Source: a virus
Virus record (IMG/VR): IMGVR_UViG_3300009954_000001
Location: 1-49,454 of that record
DNA: 49,454 bases
Reading direction: 5' to 3' (one strand)
Position 1 is the stretch's first letter. Each line of letters begins with the position of its first letter. Below are positions 44,799 to 49,454 of the stretch, one piece after another. Made by a program: the position numbers and the translations under genes. A model generated the notes under the pieces. That model saw only the letters and a list, made by a program, of their open reading frames with translations, was not told where the DNA came from and made no database searches.

Positions 44799-45016
44799 TC
44801 TCGATTCTCCTTTGCTTCAACAAGATGGTACTTCGCAACCGCGTAGTCATCCTTCTCATCACATGCGAACTGACCAATACGGCCAATGCCACCCCAACCC
44901 ATCTTCTCAGACAGGTAGGCGTGGACGATCTTGTACTTACGGCCACTACCAGTCTTGATGCTGCCTGTCTTCTTATTGAAAATCACGTAGATTTCCTCAG
45001 CAGGATTAGTCATCAT
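44795..45016 (-). CDS. Hypothetical protein (73 aa)
   Basis: TAAGGAGAA followed by ATGATG. Confidence 0.6.
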   Translation of the reverse strand: MMTNPAEEIYVIFNKKTGSIKTGSGRKYKIVHAYLSEKMGWGGIGRIGQFACDEKDDYAVAKYHLVEAKENRE

Positions 45017-45022
45017 TTCTCC

Positions 45023-45199
45023 TTAGACGTGGATACCATAGTAGAAGACACAACCAGCGAGGCAAACCAGAGCCACACAGAGCATAATCGTGCCGACAGC
45101 CACTACCTTCTCGCCCCAAGGGTAAATCTCATCCAGCATCATCCCGAAAAGCGCTACTGCAAAACTGAGGATCAGCAGCCCAACAGCAAAAGTCATCAT
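45023..45199 (-). CDS. Small two-TM membrane protein (58 aa, below the track cutoff)
   Basis: ATG 45199 overlaps the upstream TGA. Translation is MMTFAVGLLILSFAVALFGMM...VGTIMLCVALVCLAGCVFYYGIHV, with stop TAA at 45023-45025. Confidence 0.45.
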   Translation of the reverse strand: MMTFAVGLLILSFAVALFGMMLDEIYPWGEKVVAVGTIMLCVALVCLAGCVFYYGIHV

Positions 45200-45699
45200 T
45201 CCTTATCATGTCCTTTCGTAAATAGGTCCATAATGTCAATTTTTTCCGAGTACTCCTTCAAAAACAGGTTGTTAGCAACAGCCAGCAGACCCATAGGCTT
45301 AAGATCATTCTGTGTATCAAGGAAGAAGTCACCATACTTAACGAAACGACCATCCAACAGCGTCTCGCCGTTCTTAACGTTCATCACCTCTTCCAACGCC
45401 TTGTTATGCTGCTTAGCAATGTCACTCGACAAAGGCTCGTGGAAGGAAACAGACATTGCCTCTTCCTTCAAGGGGTTGTTACCCTGGATGATTTCGATGA
45501 AGTCTTGTATGTCCCCACAGGCAAAAGAATCATCAGCACAGATAAACCAGTCATCGTAAGCCTTCACGAAGCTGAAAGTGTCTGCACGGAAAAACTCAAG
45601 ATCGACAATCCAACCAGCGGGAAGCTCATCCAGAGCAGCCTTACAAACTTCCGTGTTATGAACCAGGTCAATCTGTTCAGTATCAACTGTCACTAGCAT
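45196..45699 (-). CDS. Hypothetical protein (167 aa)
   Basis: TAATG coupling. Confidence 0.6.
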   Translation of the reverse strand: MLVTVDTEQIDLVHNTEVCKAALDELPAGWIVDLEFFRADTFSFVKAYDDWFICADDSFACGDIQDFIEIIQGNNPLKEEAMSVSFHEPLSSDIAKQHNKALEEVMNVKNGETLLDGRFVKYGDFFLDTQNDLKPMGLLAVANNLFLKEYSEKIDIMDLFTKGHDKE

Positions 45700-45941
45700 T
45701 ATGGCAGTCTCCTTTCAATAGTAAAACGCGCATCGAGAGGGGCAACCTCAATCCTTAAAAAGTAAGAATAAGGTTCTTCCCACATAGGAACCTCGGTTTC
45801 AACCTCAAAGTCCTCTGACTCATTCCACACATGCTCTAACTGATTAACCAGCATTTTGCGGAAATAGGATGGTAAATCATAGCAATGTGCAACGATACCC
45901 TCGGGTGTTATCTCAAACTGTGGCTTTGTCAGCTTAGCCAT
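45699..45941 (-). CDS. Hypothetical protein (80 aa)
   Basis: TAATG coupling. Confidence 0.6.
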   Translation of the reverse strand: MAKLTKPQFEITPEGIVAHCYDLPSYFRKMLVNQLEHVWNESEDFEVETEVPMWEEPYSYFLRIEVAPLDARFTIERRLP

Positions 45942-46291
45942 TAGTAACCCTTGTGAATCAGATGGACATGGTCACGGTTACGCAGGATATGAATGAACAT
46001 CTTAGTATCATTCCGCACACCCCCGTAACAGCTTATCCACTTATCTTCGCAGCGCATCCATTCAGTACCACAGACAGCAATGACCATCCCCGCACTAGCC
46101 TTCCACAAGTCATCAGGTATAGTGATAGTAAATCCTGTAGGGTTGCCGTCAATGTCCTTCAGCTCGACAGACACCTCGTTGTCATAGACGAGGTTATCAA
46201 TCTTGGTATCAAAGGACTTGAACACTTCATAGGCTTGCTCACGCTTGTGAGCAAGATCGGTGTACTTGGTCAAAAGTTCTTCAATGCTCAT
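45941..46291 (-). CDS. Hypothetical protein (116 aa)
   Basis: Overlaps the upstream gene by 11 nt. Confidence 0.6.
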   Translation of the reverse strand: MSIEELLTKYTDLAHKREQAYEVFKSFDTKIDNLVYDNEVSVELKDIDGNPTGFTITIPDDLWKASAGMVIAVCGTEWMRCEDKWISCYGGVRNDTKMFIHILRNRDHVHLIHKGY

Positions 46292-46517
46292 GGTTAAAAC
46301 CCCTAAAGTTTGTTGTTGTATAAAAGACGCGGTGCCCGAAGTCTACGACCTCATAGTCAAGTTCTCGACACAGCTGCTCCATAGCGTCTTCACTGTAGTA
46401 GTTGCCCTTGTTGTCCAACCAGTAGTACGTCAGCTCACCAAGGACTAGGAAAAATGACTTGTGTAGCCGTTCGACACGGATGCAGGCACCACTACTGAGG
46501 TTTCGTAGAGTGCTCAT
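46281..46517 (-). CDS. Hypothetical protein (78 aa)
   Basis: ATG 46517 in a TAATG overlap. Confidence 0.55.
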   Translation of the reverse strand: MSTLRNLSSGACIRVERLHKSFFLVLGELTYYWLDNKGNYYSEDAMEQLCRELDYEVVDFGHRVFYTTTNFRGFNHEH

Positions 46518-46717
46518 TAGTGGTACCCCGCGATCATTGCAACACCCATACCTATGAACAAGACGCACTCAACCACCGAGGCGACGACACCACAGACCAG
46601 CAAGAACGACACAGGCTTACTGATGATGTCTCGGCAATCATGACGACAGTAGCCGAGTATAAACGCCGTGCCAGCCCACAGGAGAGCCAGGAAACAGTAA
46701 ATAATCCCGAGCAGCAT
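46517..46717 (-). CDS. Two-TM membrane protein (66 aa)
   Basis: ATG 46717 in a TGATG overlap. TM segments are LLGIIYCFLALLWAGTAFILGY and FLLVCGVVASVVECVLFIGMGVAMIAG. Confidence 0.5.
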   Translation of the reverse strand: MLLGIIYCFLALLWAGTAFILGYCRHDCRDIISKPVSFLLVCGVVASVVECVLFIGMGVAMIAGYH

Positions 46718-47022
46718 CAGCCCTCCAACACTATTTCGACAGGGCAACCAGTGTCAATCACCTTGCACAAGAACTCGTGGACACTGTAAGTGCAAGACTC
46801 TTCATCAGACCACACGCCTTCGAGATTCATCATCCCGAAAGGGCAGCTATAAAAGTACGTGTGCTTATTAAATCTGACGACAGTACCCGGTTCAAGGATG
46901 GTGATATAAGGACGATTTGAGAGGCAGGTCGTGTCCTTATCCTTGATAGGAATCAGCACATCCTGCATCTTCCACGTCAGTTCACAGTACAATCTGTTCA
47001 GCTCATCAAGCTTTTCCATCAT
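46717..47022 (-). CDS. Hypothetical protein (101 aa), paralog of the 47042-47587 C-terminal half
   Basis: The leader ACGAAAGGAGAAAACAAATG is almost identical to that of the next two genes. Carries motif SNRPYITILEPGTVVRF...LEGVWSDEE. Confidence 0.6.
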   Translation of the reverse strand: MMEKLDELNRLYCELTWKMQDVLIPIKDKDTTCLSNRPYITILEPGTVVRFNKHTYFYSCPFGMMNLEGVWSDEESCTYSVHEFLCKVIDTGCPVEIVLEG

Positions 47023-47041
47023 TTGTTTTCTCCTTTCGTTG

Positions 47042-47587
47042 TCAGTCGTTAACAAGCGTGATCGCTTCATTCTCATTCAGGACGTAGAACAAGAACTCAG
47101 CTGTCGCACGGCACGAGCCTTCTTCATCTATCCACGAGCCTTCCAGCAGTGAAAGACCAAACTCGGCACAGAAGAAGTGCTTGCGGCCCTTAAAGTAAAC
47201 GACAGTGCCGGTCTTCAGTAGGGTGGAATAAGGGCGGTTTGAGAAGCTGTCCATGTCAAGGTCGTAGACCGGCACCTCTTGTTCTTCGACAAGCCATCCC
47301 ATCCGTGTGTACTGCGTGGCAAGGTCCGTCTCATACATACCCTGGAAGTCATAATCAGAAAGACGAACCAGCTTACAGTTGGTGTCTTTAGTGTTCAGCT
47401 CATCAAAAAGCTGCTCGCACGTGAGGATGGTGCCCTCGCTCGACACCCACCTGTCCCCCGGCATCGACATGTAGTTAGGCTCGTAATGTGCCTCGGTGGC
47501 GAGGACGACACCGGGCTTGGACGACAGGTCGGTGGGGGTGGTGATTGTGAACAGTTTGCCTGTGTAGTGCTCTCGTGAGGTAATCAT
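47042..47587 (-). CDS. Hypothetical protein (181 aa) with two copies of the paralog module
   Basis: ATG 47587 after GCGAAAGGAGAAAACAA. Carries SNRPYSTLLKTGTVVYF...LEGSWIDEE. Confidence 0.6.
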   Translation of the reverse strand: MITSREHYTGKLFTITTPTDLSSKPGVVLATEAHYEPNYMSMPGDRWVSSEGTILTCEQLFDELNTKDTNCKLVRLSDYDFQGMYETDLATQYTRMGWLVEEQEVPVYDLDMDSFSNRPYSTLLKTGTVVYFKGRKHFFCAEFGLSLLEGSWIDEEGSCRATAEFLFYVLNENEAITLVND

Positions 47588-47612
47588 TTGTTTTCTCCTT
47601 TCGCTTGTTGGT

Positions 47613-47834
47613 TCAGCTGTACACCCGGATAGGGTCAATCATCGACTTAGCGATCTGGGCAAGTTCTTCATCAGTGTGGATGTCACCCGTGTACGACACC
47701 CAGCCTCCGAGCTTGCTCACTTTAAAGAAGCGGTGCGCCGCGATCTTAACGACAGCCCCGTCCTTGAGGGCTGTGGTGTCGAACTCCCTGTAATCGGTTT
47801 CCTTGCAATAACCGTAAAAGCTGGTTTCAGACAT
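47613..47834 (-). CDS. Hypothetical protein (73 aa), first gene of the leftward arm
   Basis: ATG 47834 after ACGAAAGGAGAACAAA. Downstream of promoter 47861-47890. Confidence 0.55.
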   Translation of the reverse strand: MSETSFYGYCKETDYREFDTTALKDGAVVKIAAHRFFKVSKLGGWVSYTGDIHTDEELAQIAKSMIDPIRVYS

Positions 47835-47860
47835 TTTGTTCTCCTTTCGTTGATGTCTTA

Positions 47861-47890
47861 AGTATAGAAGGGTGGGATGGTAGAAGTCAA
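47861..47890 (-). promoter_or_regulatory. Leftward promoter TTGACT-18-TATACT
   Basis: The - strand reads ttgacttctaccatcccacccttctatact. It is bracketed by inverted 8-mers agggtggg (47869-47876) and cccaccct (47911-47918). Confidence 0.5.
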
Positions 47891-47937
47891 GATAGTAGCA
47901 TGTGATTTGACCCACCCTATTACCCCGTTACCACCCG

Positions 47938-47988
47938 AATACGCAAAGGGGTATGGACTAGTAGCCAGAAAATACGCAAAGGGGTATG
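47938..47988. repeat. Two 18-bp direct repeats AATACGCAAAGGGGTATG, 33 bp apart
   Basis: Copies at 47938-47955 and 47971-47988 are identical, read directly. Confidence 0.85.
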
Positions 47989-48374
47989 ACACCCCCTCCA
48001 TCTTTACACTTACTCAGCAATTGATTTTTTAGTTGCTTATTTTTACCCTTCCTTTACCCACCTGTCAAGCGCCCTCCCCGCTCCCCAGCTCCCTACCCGG
48101 CCCATATCCATACACTGACCCCGGGTCACTCATGGACCCATGACCATACCAAAAATGTGACCTGCCCCATACCGATATTAACCGGAGGTCAATTAACAAA
48201 ACTTAGGCTACCCTAACCAACCTTAGCTCATCCTATGTGCCTCACCTCACACTACCCACCAAAGTCACACAACCCACAACCTGCAACCTACCAAGCAACA
48301 ACAACAAACCAACACGAACTAGCATGATCTAGCAATATGCCTAGTACCCGAAACGCCTCACGTAAAATACCCCT

Positions 48375-48550
48375 CGAAACTTCTAATTTCTACTCATTTT
48401 TATTGTGTGTAATACACTCCAGTAAATAAGAACAAAAACACGAAAAACGATTATACAATAAAGAATCTATATACGTGTATTTATTTCTATACTTGATTAT
48501 TATCTATTACTATTAATATATTTATTTATTATATTTATTTATTTCTTAAA
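48375..48550. other. AT-rich island (~175 bp) inside the G-depleted non-coding region
   Basis: Runs such as tatttatttctatacttgattattatctattactattaatatatttatttattatatttatttatttc, with sharp composition borders on both sides. Confidence 0.8.
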
Positions 48551-48969
48551 CGACGTACCTAGGCGTACGCGCGCGAGATTATCGTCAGAGTGACGTTAAT
48601 GTTGAGAATGATTCTCATTATCAGTCCTTCCCCTCCTGAATTGTCCTAACATTTACGCTACGCCCCCTCTCACGCCCTTTCACCCCCTCAGAGCTACCCA
48701 CATACTACTCACCCCCTAAAAGTCCCTCAAACGGCCTTCCAGGCCCCTTAAACGCCCCCTCCCACCTCAACTCTCCCTCCCTGACTCTCCCTACCCACCA
48801 AAAACCCACGCCCTGCCTACGCGAGTAACATACTCTCCCTACAAAGTCAACACGAACACAAAAAGTATCCACACTGTGAGATGTCTAGTTCTACCCACAC
48901 ATTTTTACACTGGCACTGTCGCACGCTAACCAAGCCACAGAATGTTACCAACGACACACCAACAAACTA

Positions 48970-48998
48970 TTGACATTCTTCCTCCTTACTGATAATCT
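48970..48998 (+). promoter_or_regulatory. Rightward promoter candidate TTGACA-17-TAATCT
   Basis: TTGACA 48970-48975 and TAATCT 48993-48998. Confidence 0.4.
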
Positions 48999-49077
48999 GC
49001 CAGGGTCACCGCCCTAGGTATGTCTACACAACGAAGCACAGATGCCGGCCTGAGACCAAGGCCACACCCTTAGCCTA

Positions 49078-49106
49078 TTGACGGCATGGCCTGTCGATGC
49101 TATTTA
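49078..49106 (+). promoter_or_regulatory. Rightward promoter candidate TTGACG-17-TATTTA
   Basis: TTGACG 49078-49083 and TATTTA 49101-49106. Confidence 0.35.
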
Positions 49107-49175
49107 CACGCGTGTTCCTTATCCCCCTACTGTCGCTAACCAACCCAAATGTGACGCGGTTCACACGCTGTCAGC

Positions 49176-49204
49176 TTGACACGGCCACCAGGGGGCGATA
49201 GACT
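49176..49204 (+). promoter_or_regulatory. Rightward promoter candidate TTGACA-17-TAGACT
   Basis: TTGACA 49176-49181 and TAGACT 49199-49204, 40 nt upstream of ATG 49245. Confidence 0.4.
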
Positions 49205-49244
49205 GTAGTCACAAGGTCAAACACCACACCGAAAGGTCACACTC

Positions 49245-49454
49245 ATGTCCGCTCCCTACCTCATCATTTCAGACACACTCACCTCCTCCCCGCGCACGTC
49301 GCCGGTCTTCGCTGCTGACTACGCCACACTTAAAGGCTGGTTTGCGCTTACGCCTGGCTTCACCGCCTACGATGCCGCAAAGTGGGCACAGCGCGCCGAG
49401 CGCGCGGCGCACGGCGACCGACAGGCCATCGCTCAGCTCGATGGGGCCGGCTTC
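49245..49454 (+). CDS. 5' part of a 75-aa hypothetical protein (continues at 1-145 through the junction)
   Basis: ATG 49245 after GAAAGG. The frame is open to the window end (70 codons) and continues in phase into base 128 of the window start. Confidence 0.5.
   Translation, partial: MSAPYLIISDTLTSSPRTSPVFAADYATLKGWFALTPGFTAYDAAKWAQRAERAAHGDRQAIAQLDGAGF
49328..49454. repeat. Terminal redundancy, copy 2 (identical to 1-127)
   Basis: Same 127-nt string as the window start, and it reaches exactly to the last base. Confidence 0.95.

Noticed and set aside
48640-48840. CRISPR-like or regular tandem repeat array in the C-rich tract
   Set aside because: The recurring units (CCCCCT, ACTCTCCCT, CAAACGGCC/TAAACGCCC) are short. 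Their spacing is irregular (about 12-29 bp), and there are no repeat-spacer units of constant length.

Overview
The window appears to be one complete, circularly closed dsDNA tailed-phage genome. It has about 49,327 unique bp, and bases 1-127 are repeated exactly at 49328-49454. Morphology is siphovirus-type: a 1744-aa tape measure, a major tail protein and no sheath gene. The host is probably an actinobacterium. The evidence is a WhiB-like gene, an LAKTG sortase signal, TANNNT-type -10 boxes and one leaderless-looking gene start. The genes form two divergent arms that leave a 1.3-kb ORF-free control region (47916-49244). The rightward arm runs from 49245 across the junction to 17224. It carries small early genes, an SNF2 helicase, dCMP deaminase, a recombination module (Cas4/RecB-like nuclease, Sak4-like ATPase, DUF669 SSB-like), a PrimPol-helicase, family A DNA polymerase, WhiB and a RuvC-like resolvase. 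The leftward arm runs from 47834 down to 17333. In order it carries about 15 small genes, four tRNA or tRNA-like genes, a sortase-anchored surface protein, dUTPase, NrdH, the lysis cassette, terminase, head genes and tail genes. The arms converge on a bidirectional terminator at 17227-17270. No integrase, CI-type repressor, CRISPR array, reverse transcriptase or rRNA was seen. The main items for follow-up are: (1) a class-3-type mini-intein splitting the TerL P-loop; (2) two armless tRNA-like minihelices at the 3' ends of short early transcription units; (3) the G-depleted, AT-island-containing control region with phased repeats and a G-quadruplex motif; (4) the LPXTG-type moron; (5) a tail-chaperone frameshift that must be +1/-2 rather than -1. 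All functional calls come from motif reading by eye. No database search was run.
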